64,000 nucleotides of DNA, from assembly GCA_951406725.2 (NCBI GenBank), contig OX597814.1:153760001-153824000 (forward strand). The letters are read 5' to 3'. Position 1 is the stretch's first letter. Each line of letters opens with the position of its first letter. The notes below the pieces were generated by a model. That model saw only the letters and a list, made by a program, of their open reading frames with translations. It ran no database searches and was not told the origin of the DNA. Source of the DNA: Octopus vulgaris. Its lineage: Eukaryota. This document shows positions 36,542 to 49,127 of this stretch, in pieces. Position numbers and translations under genes: made by a program.

Positions 36542-37413
36542 GTGCACACATGTACACACACACACATCATCATCATTATCATCATCATCATCATCATCAT
36601 CATACACATGCATGATGAGTGAATCTCCATATTGAGCAAAGCTATTTCTCTGATGGTAGCAGGGTCCTATTTTCTTTCCTGTTCACTTAATCTAGTATTT
36701 TCTAAGTTTACTTTTTAACCTCTTGATTCCAGATTTTGCTTTGATGTTTAGAATTTTCTCTCTAAATCTTTGACCAATAAAACTGTAAGAATTAGGTTAT
36801 CAGCATTCAGGATTCCCATTTACAGCCAGATATAAACTCCTTTATGGATTGTTCTTCATGAAGACTATGGAAAATAGAAGACATCCATGGACTGAGGCTC
36901 AATGGACCTTACTAACATATTACATTTGTCATTGAGTTCATTGCTCTCATCTTACTCACTGCATCTCTGTACATGGCCTGCATGGTTCTCACACTCTATA
37001 TAAAGGGCTCAATGTTGCCTAGGGGTGGAAATTATATAATATATGATAGCTATGATAATTAAAACACCATGCATGTCTACTTGTTTCTTTCCAAGTATTA
37101 TAGAAATTTTCATTTACTGAGTTCAGTTTACTAACTAGTTTAAACCTTATGAATGTATAAAACGAATTTGTTCTTCTCTCACCTTCTCTCAATCAAGCAC
37201 AGAAACAAAAACACACACACACATATTTATATATACTAGCAGGACCTGTAAATATTTCATGGAATTAATGATAAACTTATTGGGTTATTTCTGAAAACTT
37301 TATCCAAAAAACCTGTGTTGTGTCCGTATCAAAAGATAGTCATTTATCTACTAATCATTGAAAAGTGAAGAGAATTGGAATACGATGTTAACTTAATGCA
37401 ATTTATATATACA

Positions 37414-37642
37414 CGAGGTCATTGCCAGTACTGCCTGACTGGCCCCCGTGCCGGTGGCACGTAAAAGCACCCACTACACTCTCGGAGTGGTTGGCGTTAG
37501 GAAATGCAGCCAGCTGTAGAAACTCTGCCAAATCAAGACTGGAGCCTGGTGCAGCCATCTGGTTCACCAGCCCTCAGTCAAAATCGTCCAACCCATACTA
37601 GCATGGAAAGCGGACGTTAAACGATGATGATGATGATGATGA
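37414..37642 (+). mobile_element. Family C (GAT)n-tailed retroposon, 5'-truncated
   Basis: GTGCCGGTGGCACGTAAAAGCACCCACTACACTCTCGGAGTGG...(GAT)n. Confidence 0.85.
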
Positions 37643-38794
37643 ATATAGGTTTCTGTGTTGAGAGAAGGAAAGAAGCAGCAAATATTTAATCCTTTAGCTT
37701 TCAGATTACCCAGTCAAGTGTAAATTACACATTGTTTTGAATTAATCATGCATTAATCTTGTAGCTTCATGATTTCAATGATGCGATTGTTTATTTTTAG
37801 AATGGCATTGTAGAGTAGGTATGAGAGGCTGGATCTGGTCAGTTTGAACATAAAATAGATAGAATATTTGAGCAGGATATGGCCGGTTTAAATACTAAAG
37901 GGTTAATGAGACTGAGAGAGGTTTCTAAGAAAATGTGACTATATGAATAAATAAAGAATAGAAAGAAAAATGAAAGAAAAGAATGATACAATAAATCTTG
38001 TCAATTAATCACCACTGGTGGCTTTTCTAGTTAATGGTACATTTTTATGAAAGAAACATGAGTTTTGACACTTATTATCTTTATAGTGATTTATAATATA
38101 AGACTTAAAATGTTATCATAATAGTATTAAATTAGACATCTCAGAGAATGTTATCATGATAGCATTAAATTACACATCTCATAAACTAATCACTTATTCA
38201 TTTCTTCTGTATACCCACCTTTAACATTTACACATCACTTTCATCAGCTACATCAATGTTAATGCCACCAACATTTAAGTACTTTAATTAAATTTTTAAT
38301 ACAATGTTCAAAATTCTTAACAGTAATCTCTATATATATAAAACTGAGAATGTGTGTCTGTGTGTCTGTCTGTCTGTCTGTGTGTTTCCCTTAAACTTGA
38401 GAACTACACAACCAATTTAATTCAGATTTTACAAATGCCTTACTTAACTTTTTCCCTAGGGCGACCCCACAGCAATATCATATCTTCTCCACTATTTCAG
38501 TATTACATGTTAAAAGTGAAACAAAAACATCTCTCTTTTGTAATGCAGACACTTTCACTTTAATACTGAAACTATTAAAGTGAAAGTATTATATAACAGG
38601 GATGAACCATTAACAAGTGGTCATCCATTTTGCTAGAAGAAAATCCGCTATGGTCTTATATGCTACACCATTGGTTTTCAATTCATATTAATCAAATTAA
38701 TATTCAATTTTTCACCCTTATTATATGTGTGTGTGTGTATTAGCAATTCGTATAAAATTGCATCAATGACTTGAACTTGAATAAGTGGTTTCCT

Positions 38795-39542
38795 TAAATT
38801 TTTTTAAAAATTTTCCTTAAAAACTTTTGAAAATTTTTCCCAAAGGTTTTTGAAAAATTGTTTGAAAATTTTCCCCAAATATTTTTGAAAAGTGTTTTGA
38901 AAATTTTCCTCAATGATTTTTGAAAATTTTCCCCAAAAATTTTTGAAAAACATTTTGAAAATTTTTCTCAAACATTTTTGAAACATTTTTTGAAAATTTT
39001 CCAAAAAAATTTTCCCCAAAAAGTTTTGAAAAATTTTTTGAAAATTTTCTTGAAAGAATTTCAAAAACTTTTTTGAAAATTTTTTCCAAAACTTTTTGAA
39101 AACTTTTTTGAAAATTTTCCCAAAACATTTTTGAAAAATTTTTTGAAAATTTTCCCCAAAAATTTTTGAGAAATTTTTTGAAAATTTTCCCCAAAAATTT
39201 TTGAAAACATTTTAGAAAATTTTCCCCAAACCTTTTTTTAAATTTTTTCAAAAATTTTTGAAAAATTGTTTGAAAATTTTGAAAAATTTTTTGAAAATTT
39301 TTCCCCAAAATTTTTGAAAACATTTTAGAAAATTTTCCCCAAAATTTTTGAAAAAGTTTTTAAAATTTTCTCCAAAAAGTTTTGAAAAATGTTTTGAAAA
39401 TTTACCCCCAAATTTTTTTTTTAATTTTTGAAAATTTTCCCAAAAAATTTTTGAAAAATTTTTTGAAAATTTTCTCTCAAAATTTTTGAAAACATTTTAG
39501 AAAATTTTCCCCAAAATTTTTGAAAAATTTTTGAAAATTTTC
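38795..39542. repeat. A/T-tract satellite, ~35-bp period built of ~11-12-bp subunits
   Basis: AAAATTTTCCCCAAAAATTTTTGAAAACATTTTAG-type units, e.g. starts at 39181 and 39216. Confidence 0.9.
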
Positions 39543-39560
39543 GCTCAAGAATAGAAAAAG

Positions 39561-39598
39561 TCTTTTACGTTTTGAGTCTACGCTCTTCTACAGAAAGG
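39561..39598 (-). ncRNA. Hammerhead-like motif, variant core CUGUAGA (decayed, GAAA to AAAA)
   Basis: Minus strand CCTTT-CTGTAGA-A-GAGcgtagaCTC-AAAA-CG-TA-AAAGA. Third copy of the 27764/44518 family. Confidence 0.4.
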
Positions 39599-41249
39599 GA
39601 CACAGAAAAAACAAGGAGAGAAAAAAAAACTAAATATATATATATATATATATATATAGTCACTTTTGTGACCTCTATTAATTTTGCCATTATGCTTTTT
39701 AATTTATTGTTTACACTTTTACCGTTTTGAAAATCAGCACGTTTTCAACGGTCTTTCTTGTAAGACTGATAGAGGCAGTCGTGTTTTACTCTAGGCTTAA
39801 ATAGTCGCTGACGAAGATTAAGATGGCCTGCACGCTGGGGACTTACCTCTCTTTATCAGTCATTAAGTTCAGTGCTCTTGTGGCTTTGAGTTATTTTAAC
39901 AAAAACTGTGCTAGTCAGTACCATCTGTCACTTTTTTGACCTCTATAAAATCTCCTTTATTTAATTGCTAATAAGCTACTCTTTTTTTAATCTGTGAGTG
40001 AATATATATATTTATATGTATGGTGTGAGTGGGTGTGAGTGGGTGTGTGTGTGTGTGTGTGTGTGTAAATAGATATGTATACATGTGTGTAAGTGTGTGT
40101 ATGCACACGCGAGCATCTGTGTATGTATATGCGAGCGAGTGTAGGTGTGCTTATATATATGTACGTGAGTGCGCGTACATATCCGTATATGTGAGCGTGT
40201 GTATATATCTGTATGTATATGTGTGTGTGTATATTTTATATATGTGTATGTATGTGAATGTATATATATATATATGTGTGTGTGTGTGTGCACGCACGCG
40301 CATATATGCGTGTATGTGTCCGAGTGTTGAATCTTAAAGGCCAGCTAAGGAGAATCATATGTGTAACCAACCATGAAGAACAAATCAACAGTACAAAGAA
40401 ATAAAATACCAATCTCTTTAAAGCGGCAACCACTTTAAGAGTATGAGAATCACCATCCCACGACATTTACGCATTCAAAGCAGTTTGCCAATGGCCCTTC
40501 ACCAACAACATACCCTGATAGGCTTTGTGACTACTACTAAATTAAGGCCACGACAGAGAGATAGAATGTTCTTGAAGCCGAGGATTTTAAATTTATAGAG
40601 ACAATATTTACATATCACCTGAGGAAACATAACTAGATCTCATAATGCAGGGAAATAGTTTCTTAATCAAGTACCTGCACATCTGGAGAACTACGTTGCG
40701 TGCAAATAATTGTAGCGATTAAAAAATAAATGTCCAACCGTACCCTTCTTGTTGATTCCAATGTTTTCAATTATCTATTCACACACGACAGATGCCCAAA
40801 CGCAAACCTGGAAATACATATAATACTACTACTGGAAAGCACAGTTTAAATGTGAAAGTGAACGAGTGAGCTTTATACTGTATTCTACTACGTTCTTAAC
40901 AGAATATACTATAATTATATATATACATATATAAGACGGGCTTCTTACGGTTTACGTCAACCAGATATACTCACAAGTCTTTAGTCGGCCCGAGAGTCTA
41001 TAGCAGAAGACACTTGTCCAAGGTGTCACGCAATAGTACTGAACCCAGAACCATGTGGTTGGGAATACATATATATTTATATATATCTGTATATATATAT
41101 GGCAAGATGCGTGTGTGTGTACGTGATTGTAGTTTATGCACATCCACAAATTAGCACGCATGCCGCTTAAATTTTAGAAGGACATTCGTCAACATCCTAT
41201 CTGGGTTTTGTCAACTTATTTTTTCCCAAGGCACCCGCGGATAGCGGTA

Positions 41250-41522
41250 AAAATCTATTTTCAACCATAGCTTTTTGACGGCGTCTAACAAAAAAAAAAC
41301 AAGATAAAGAAAAGTGGAAGAAGAGAGGCAGAGAGTTTCACGGGAAAAACAAAGTGAGAGAGGGAGAGAGAGTAAATGACGACGTTCCTAAAAATCTATT
41401 TTCAGCCATAGCTTTCTGACGGCGTCTAACAAAAAAAATAAAGAAATGTGGAAGAGAAGCAGAGAGTTTCACGGGAAAAACAAAGTGAGAGAGGGAGAGA
41501 GAGATTAAGTGGCGACGTTCAT
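41250..41522 (+). repeat. Two-copy direct repeat (~135-140 bp) inside the Helitron
   Basis: AAAATCTATTTTCA.CCATAGCTTT.TGACGGCGTCTAAC...GAGAGTTTCACGGGAAAAACAAAGTGAGAGAGGG occurs twice. Confidence 0.88.
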
Positions 41523-42828
41523 AAAATATAAAATGTAAAATGTTTTGTCTTTTCTTAAACACGAGATATAGTGTTCAAATTCAGGATGTTTTTGAAAGAC
41601 ACTATATTTTATAATCATAATATATATACTTTCTCATACAACAATTACAATATATTTATTTTAAATCATTTATTTATTTTAAATCGTTCATCTTTCTCCC
41701 CTCCTCTCTCTCACACACATTACTTTGGGTGCGAAAGAGTTTTGTTTTTATTTTACACCGAGTAAAAAAGTGTTTTGTTGACAATCCATTTATTTAACAA
41801 CAAAGAAACAAAGAGGTGAGTAACAATTTGTCAGTGAATTGCACAATATAAATGGGTACAATTTTCAAGGCTTCCACCACACCCACTCCGTCTCATGGAA
41901 TACAAAAAGGGTTTTGTAGCATATTTGAGGCCAGAGTAGTTGATTCCATGCAAAAAAAAAAAAAAAACGATTATTTTTCTTAGTGAAAATCGTGCAAATC
42001 TACAAATTTAACAACATTTTTCCATTCATTTCTGTTTATGAACATGTATGCATGCACAAAACATGCTATAGGTGTACGTACGTACATGTGTGTTCGTGTC
42101 TGTTGCCCATATATATTTATATTATATTATATTATATTATATATATATATAATATAACCAATTTCAACGGGTTTTGCCCAAATTTGACGTCGATATTACT
42201 TAGTTTGGTTTGAAATAAAGAACTTGATTAGCTTAATAATCGTAACTTAATCCCAGGCAAGGCTGGGTTATACTGCTAGTATATCAATATTTTATCTTTT
42301 TAAATCTCATAATAAGCTAACATTTTATTAATATCATTATAACTACAGTATATCTTATAGATAGTCACCATACATATGTTCTTTTCAGAAAAAATGGAAC
42401 AAAGACAAACACTTCAAATTCTGAAACTATAGGTAAAAATATACAAAACCATAACAGACTCTAGTGTAGAGAATCATTAGAGAATTGGAAAAATTACTTT
42501 GCATTATTTGTTCTGGGTTTTTACATTCTGAGTTCAAATATGGAGCTATCAAGGTATTTGAGAAAGTCCATTTCATATGTGCTCTTAATGCTTGTTGCAC
42601 CTGTGCAACTGCTGCATACAAAGTCTAGTTTTTCCATTAGCCGGCCAGTGGTCATATGCTACCCTCATACTAAATTTGTCACTGAAATCATTGCTGACTC
42701 TCAACTTTACTTTCTGCATGTTGGTACATAACTTGTACAACCCTCACAGGTCATTTGTCTATGCTTAGTTTCCTTAGTAACCAACAAATTAGTGAACAAG
42801 GTATCCAGTAGAAGACTGAGAATAGTGG

Positions 42829-42913
<85 letters not shown>

Positions 42914-42939
42914 GTATATATATATATGTATATATATTA

Positions 42940-43933
42940 TAATGGCAGTGAAACATGGGCCGTGACTGCTGAGGATATGCGTAAGCTCGCAAGAAATGAA
43001 GCCAGTATGCTCCGATGGATGTGTAATGTCAGTGTTCATACTCGACAGAGTGTAAGTACCTTGAGAGAAAAGTTGGACCTAAGAAGCATCAGTTGTGGTC
43101 TGCAAGAGAGACGTTTGCGCTGGTATGGTCATGTGGTGAGAATGGATGAGGATAGTTGTGTGAAAAAGTGCCACACCCTAGCGGTTGAGGGAACCTGTGG
43201 AAGAGGTAGATCCAGGAAAACCTGGGACGAGGTGGTGAAGCACGACCTTCGAACTTTAAGTCTCACCAAGGAAATGACTAGAGACCGAGACCTTTGGAAG
43301 TATGCTGTGTGTGAAAAGACCCAGCAGGACAAGTGAGGTCATAACCCGTGGCCTCAGTCTACTTTATGCATACCTTTCCTTCTTGGGACACAAAACTCTA
43401 CTTGTGAAGACCTGTTGAGGCAAGTGAAAAACAAAATCAAAATCAAAATCGATCAACATCAATGGAAATCGTAGCTGTGATACCAGTGCCGGTGGCACAT
43501 AAGAGAACCATCCAAACGTGGCCATTGCCAGCGCCGCCCTGACTGCCTCCGTGCCAGTGGCACGTAAAAAGCACCATCCGATCGTGGCCATTGTCAGCCT
43601 CGCCTGGACTCCGTGCCGGTGGCACGTAAAAAGCTCCATCCGATCGTGGCCATTGCCAGCCTCGCCTGGCCTCCGTGCTGGTGGCACATAAAAAGCACCA
43701 TCTGGTCATGGCCGTTTGCCAGCCTTGTCTGGCACCTGTGCCGGTGGCATGTAAAAAGCACCCACTACACTCATGGAGTGGTCGGCGTTAGGAAGGGCAT
43801 CCAGCCGTAGAAATATTGCTAGATCAGACTGGGCCTGGAGCAGCCTTCTGGCTTCCCAGACCCCAGTTGAACCGTCCAACCTATGCCAGCATGGAAAGTG
43901 GACACTAAACGATGATGATGATGATGATGATGA
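42940..43933 (+). mobile_element. 5'-truncated RTE-clade LINE (ORF end to 43336, diverged ~60-bp repeats, (GAT)n tail)
   Basis: Open frame [28 protein letters not shown]...RRLRWYGHVVRMDED...TWDEVVKHDL, typical of RTE. It begins at a (TA)n tract. Confidence 0.92.
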
Positions 43934-44188
43934 ATGGGGGAGGCTGGTTTATGGGGTTACCCTGGTTTTCTCATCCATAAGGGGTCAGGTGATACACTAT
44001 AAGACCAAACCCCTTATGGAAGAGAAACCTAGTGTGACTCCATAAACTGACCTCACCCATCATAATATTAACTGCTCTACATCTTAGAATGAGCTTCTTC
44101 TCTTGATGTATATTTTTTTACAAATGATATATATATAAGGGCAAATTTTAGCCATTTCTCTGCAGACTGGAAAAAAAAATGATGGAGA

Positions 44189-44231
44189 ACCTTAATTGAT
44201 TTTTGAACCTTATTGAGTTTTCATCAGAGGT
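44189..44231 (-). ncRNA. Decayed type-I hammerhead-like motif
   Basis: Minus strand ACCT-CTGATGA-aaactcaataaggttc-AAAA-ATCAAT-TA-AGGT. Helix I ACCT/AGGT is intact. G-to-A changes would explain the loss of GAAA and of an AATCGATT palindrome. Confidence 0.4.
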
Positions 44232-44517
44232 GTCTACATCATACTGACAGGCTCCAGATAAACAAGCAATCAAACTGTTTATATACTCAACAAATACAGC
44301 AGTTACTCTATGAAAAATTCCCTAATTTGCATACCAAAAGTGTTTAACACTCTATAAATACCAGCAGCCTATCAACGAGGATCTTAGTCCATACAATATC
44401 AAGGTATGATATAATATACATGCAACATAATATATATATATATCGCCATGTTGATTCGCTAGCTTTTGCACGCATATTTTTTTCTCTCCTTCTTTCTGTG
44501 TTTTTTTTCTCTGTGTA

Positions 44518-44555
44518 TCTTTCTGTTGAAGAGCGTAGGCTCGAAACGTTAAAGA
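44518..44555 (+). ncRNA. Hammerhead-like motif, variant core CUGUUGA
   Basis: TCTTT-CTGTTGA-A-GAGcgtaggCTC-GAAA-CG-TT-AAAGA: helix I TCTTT/AAAGA, palindromic AACGTT. Confidence 0.5.
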
Positions 44556-44831
44556 CTTGTTTCATTTATATTTCCCGAGCGCCATACTAATACAATTGTT
44601 TGTTTGTATTCCACCTGCCTTCGTCTTTTGTCTATTTTCATAAAGCTTACCGTTATATATATATAATATATTGATCAAATATTCAATATGAGCTATATGT
44701 AGACATGCATAAATTCTATAGGTTTAAAACCTTTCATCAGATCTCCATGAATCGAACTTTCTTCAATGCAGTTAATCTTACAACCTCTTTTATATCTACC
44801 CCTTTTGATGTTTGGGAATTCTCTGATATTT

Positions 44832-44920
44832 TTTCGGCTGAAGAGTACGAGCCATCTGTATTCACTGCATTTTTTTGTAGCTTATTAAAGATGTCCTTGT
44901 ACGAAACGATCGTACCGAGA
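44832..44920 (+). ncRNA. Type-I hammerhead ribozyme with canonical core
   Basis: Helix I TTTCGG/CCGAGA; core CTGAAGA (44838-44844); helix II GTACGAG/CTTGTAC extended by CATCT/AGATG; GAAA (44903-44906); palindromic helix III ACGATCGT; GUA cleavage triplet ending at 44914. Confidence 0.75.
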
Positions 44921-45229
44921 TTTTAATCCATTCTTGTTGCTTTTTTCCTATATATATATATATACCGGAGTAAACACACAATTTCCATGTATTAATTATA
45001 TTTCCTTTATTAATGACAATATGTATTTTAACCAAAGATTCGATGTAAGGTTTTTTCCTCAAATTTTATAATTTTTTTAATATATATATATATATTTTTT
45101 GAGCTCATTTTTGTTTATCGCTCGAAAATTGACTGTTATTTGTAAAGGACCAATCAAACAAGTCCATTTTTAAAGGCGTAGTGTTTATACTAGTCTGGAT
45201 AGAATTGACATATCGGTTCTATTCTAGCA

Positions 45230-45276
45230 AAAACTGTCCGATGAACGGCAATGGGAAACTCAGAGTAACAGGTTTT
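45230..45276 (+). ncRNA. Type-I hammerhead-like motif (CCGAUGA core variant)
   Basis: AAAACTGT-CCGATGA-acggcaatgg-GAAA-CTCAGAG-TA-ACAGGTTTT: helix I CTGT/ACAG extended by AAAA/TTTT and TTCTA/TAGAA; helix III ACTC/GAGT. Confidence 0.55.
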
Positions 45277-45426
45277 GTAGAATTTTCTGCTGCTTTAAAT
45301 AAAGGAGATTTTAATAGAGTTTAAAATTTTGAAGTAGAAATTGAACAAACATGTTTAAGTGTTCAAATGTTCACATAAAATGCAATGAGTTTCACAATAT
45401 ATATATATATATACATATATACATAC

Positions 45427-45466
<40 letters not shown>

Positions 45467-45469
<3 letters not shown>

Positions 45470-45785
45470 GCTCAGTGGTTAGAGCATTGGGCTTGAAGTT
45501 GTGAATTTGATTCCTGAACCAGGTTATGTGTTATGTTCTTGAGCAAGTCACATTATTTCATGTTGCCCTAATTCACTCAGCTGTAGAAATGAGTTGTGAT
45601 GTCACTGGTGCCATGCTGTATCAACCTTTGCTTTTTCCTTGGACAACATCAGTGGTGTGGATAGGGGAGACTGGTATGCTTGGGCAATTGTTGGTCTTCC
45701 ACAAACAAGCTTGGTCAAACTTGTGCTTTGAAGCAGAACTTTCTAGGTGCAATCTCATGATCATTTTGACTGAAGGAGGTTTTTA
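45467..45785 (+). mobile_element. tRNA-derived SINE, family E (CORE-like)
   Basis: TGGCTCAGTGGTTAGAGC head. Body homologous to 52920-53256. Confidence 0.8.
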
Positions 45786-45873
45786 CCCTCCCTTTCTCTC
45801 TCTCTCTCTCTCTCTCTTGATTATATATATATAGTATTAATTTAGTATTAAATCAAATTTCACAGTATGAATA

Positions 45874-46079
45874 TATAAAATATAAATTAGAGATAAAACC
45901 ACTACCATGCATCTCAAACAGTGATAGACATAAACCAATACATAAATCCTAGAGGGTATTGGAATATCCTTCAAAGATGAATCGCAAAATAGTGGTTCTA
46001 TCTTACCTGTAAATTCCGTTTATGTCTATCACTGTTTGAGCTGCATGATAGTGGTTTTATCTCTAATCTATATTTTATA
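45874..46079. repeat. Inverted repeat, 62-bp arms (3 mismatches), ~82-bp spacer
   Basis: 45874-45935 vs 46018-46079, e.g. AGAGATAAAACCACTA / TAGTGGTTTTATCTCT and CTCAAACAGTGATAGACATAAAC / GTTTATGTCTATCACTGTTTGAG. Confidence 0.88.
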
Positions 46080-46699
46080 CACACACACACACACAAATAT
46101 ACTCATACATGCATATCATCTCTCTCTCTCCCTCTCTCCCCTCCTCTTTATCACACACACATTAATTTAAAACTGACACAATGATAATTCATCTTTAGTT
46201 GTATTTTCATTACTCTATTTTACAACATACAATCATGTCAAAAACTGGTCTCCACCAGTTCTTGAAATGACATCATTTTTCAATAACACATATGATGACA
46301 ACACCTTCTCCAGTTACATGCAAAGATATTGGAATGGTTTTCTAGTTATCCTTGAGACTGTCTACATTGATTGATATATGTAAGTACTCTATCAAACAAT
46401 TGTTATTCAATGATTTATACTCTTCAACTTTCAGAATTAATCATTCATACCTGTCACCATTCTATATATATATTTTGCTAAAAAAATAATTTACTGGTTT
46501 CAGTTTTTGGATTGCAGCCATGCTGAGACTCTTCTAGGGTTTTTGTCACTTATATTGGCCTTTGTATTCTGTCTGGTACTTATTTTAGCAGCCTTGTAAG
46601 ATGGAATGGCAAAATCAATCTGGAAGCAAGATACATACAAACACATATAGATATGTGCACACACATTCTACAGTTTTCTTGAAACAATTTGACTGACTT

Positions 46700-46915
46700 A
46701 GGTAGAGAGCTGGCAGAAACGTTAGCACACCAGTTGAAATGCTTAGAGGTATTTTGTCTGTCTTCGTGTTTTGAGTTCAAATTCCACCGAGGTCAACTTT
46801 GCCTTTCATCCTTTCGGGGTTGACAAATTAAGTACCAGTTCTGTACTGGGGTTGATCTAATCAACTGGCTCCTTCCCCAAAAATTTCGGGCCTTGTGCCT
46901 AGAGTAGAAAAGAAC
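46700..46915 (+). mobile_element. Family B SINE (alternative tail)
   Basis: GAGCTGGCAGAAACGTTAGCAC head, GCCTTTCATCCTTTCGGGG domain, TTTGACTGACT on both flanks. Confidence 0.82.
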
Positions 46916-47127
46916 ATTTTGACTGACTCAACATTATGGTACCACATAGTAAGATCAAACTCACAAATATGTGATTACAAAGTGAACTTGTTTACCACAT
47001 GGCCATACAAACAGAACAAAATTCCCATGCTTCTTTGTAGTATCACTGTCTAATTTTGCTTCAGATACTTAACTGACATACTTTTCTAAAGATATAATAA
47101 TTCATCTACTCATACATATATTTATAT

Positions 47128-47770
47128 CTGTGTTTCTGAACCAGGGTTCATATGGCCCTTGGGGATCCATATAAGATTTTGTTGTTAAAATTAATGTGTA
47201 ACAGATCAGTTATACTTCTAAAATACACAAAATATTTTTTCTTTTATACTATTCTGAATAATATTTGATTATAAAAATACTAGGAGTGGCTGTGTGGTAC
47301 ATAGCTTGCTTACCAACCACATGGTTTGGGGTTCAGTCCTACTGTGTGGCACCTTGGGCAAGTGTCTTCTACTATAGCTTCGGGCCAACCAAAGCCTGTG
47401 AGTGGATTTGGTAGATGGAAACTGAAAGAAGCCCATCGTATATATGTATATATATGTGTGTGTGTTTGTGTGTCTGTGTTTGTTCCCCCCAACATCGCTT
47501 GACAACCAATGCTGGTGTGTTTATGTCACCGTAACTTAGCAGTTCAGCAAAAAAGACCGATAGAATAAGTACGAGGCTTACAAAGAATAAGTCCTGGGGT
47601 CAATTTGCTTGACTAAAGGCAGTGCTTCAGCATGGCCACAGTCAAATGACTGAAACATGTAAAAGAGTAAGTCTTTTTTTTTATATATATACAGTGAATG
47701 GCTATGGAGGTTTAGTAGAGTAAAATAGGAATCAATGGGAACCATAGGCAAAAATGGTTGAGAACTACTG
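47128..47770. mobile_element. hAT MITE containing a nested family A SINE (47282-47670)
   Basis: Ends CTGTGTTTCTGAACC / GGTTGAGAACTACTG. 8-bp TSD ATTTATAT at 47120-47127 and 47771-47778. Confidence 0.8.
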
Positions 47771-49127
47771 ATTTATATAAAGCTGTGGAGTGGCAGAGAC
47801 AATTGTATGCCAGAATAAATGCCCTTAAGTATTCATTTCCATCTTTCTACAACCTGGGTTAAATTCCTGCTAACACCAATTTTGCCTTTCAGCTTTATCA
47901 AGGCAATAAGGTAAATGATTTGATTAACTTTATTTCATCCAGCTTCCAAATTTGTGTTTTTTGGGGGACTGATTTCATTACATATACCACGACATTATAA
48001 ATATGTGTTTTTGTGAGAAAGATCCCATTAAGTATGTCCTTTCCATTGAAATTTATGTACTTATGCTATTCAATATCTATACCAACCACCATCATATGAC
48101 AGAACCTCACTCTCTCTTCATTCACTCTCTCCTATATTACTCTCTTATTTCTATCACTGATTCTCTTTTATTACTCTCTATTCCATCACCGTCTTACTCT
48201 GGTTCTCTCCTACCACTGTCTTTTCTATTGCTTTTTTTGACAATATTTCTTCTATTCAATTTCCTTCATTTCCTCCCTCTTTCTCCTATTAATTTATCGA
48301 CTATTACCTTGTTCCTATCAACCTGTTTCTGTTCTGACCCCCCTCTCTCTCTCTCATTGCTCTTTTACTCTGTTTCTCTACTCAACGAGTAGTGTGAGAT
48401 ATAGAAAAATGAAATGAGACAATGAGGAAGAAGGGACTCTCTTTAATGTTACCGGGAATGAGACAACCTCTCTCACACTAGTGAATGACTGAATGGACAG
48501 ACACAACATGAAGCAGAGAGGTCTCTTTGATATTTCTGGGGACAATAAAGCCTGTCTAATGTTGGTGCAACTCTATAAAATGATTAGTTTATAGGAAAGG
48601 TATGCAACCATAGGAAACCATACCAAAAATGTAACCTGTAAGCATGATGTGGTTCTCAAGCCATCCAAGAGGACAGTAACTCTAAATAAAAATTCACTTT
48701 GACTATAAAGATTAGTTCAGCCTGTGCTACCTTGGAAAAGAGAATGTAAAATGATTATGATGATAATGAGAAGGATAATGTAAGACATCATTGGCTATAA
48801 ACATTGTATCTAATCACTGACCATACGCAGAACATACTGATGTTTTGTAGCAGTGACAGCAACACCACCAACATCAACCCCACCACTACCAACCCCACCA
48901 CTGCCAACCCCACTGCTAAATGAAACTAAAAAAGTTATTAGCAGCTTGACCAAAGAGGATAGTGCCCAAGTTCAATACTTTGTGTCATATCAACCCACAG
49001 CCTCTTTCCCCATAGCCCTCAGACAACTTGTTCTTCATGGCTAAAAGAAGATGGCAGGGTGATATTCATGATAAATTTCGCCAATAGCTGGATTTGTGGA
49101 TTCATCTTACTTATGAAAACAGTTCTT

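Larger units (their letters stand above)
38327..42279 (+). mobile_element. Non-autonomous Helitron (~4 kb) with internal satellite and nested repeats
   Basis: 5' A|TCTCTATATATATAAAA followed by (GTCT)n. 3' GC-rich hairpin CCCAGGCAAGGCTGGG about 10 nt before CTAG|T. Inserted in an AT dinucleotide with no TSD. That both ends belong to one copy is inferred. Confidence 0.7.

Noticed and set aside
38804-39323. K/F/N-rich repetitive ORFs
   Set aside because: Translation of the A/T satellite. The unit length varies and is not a stable multiple of 3.
39658-39960. Hammerhead at CTGACGA (about 39808) in a cassette with direct repeats GTCACTTTT.TGACCTCTAT
   Set aside because: No GAAA and no convincing helix I. 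It may be a PLE remnant, but it is not supportable as a ribozyme.
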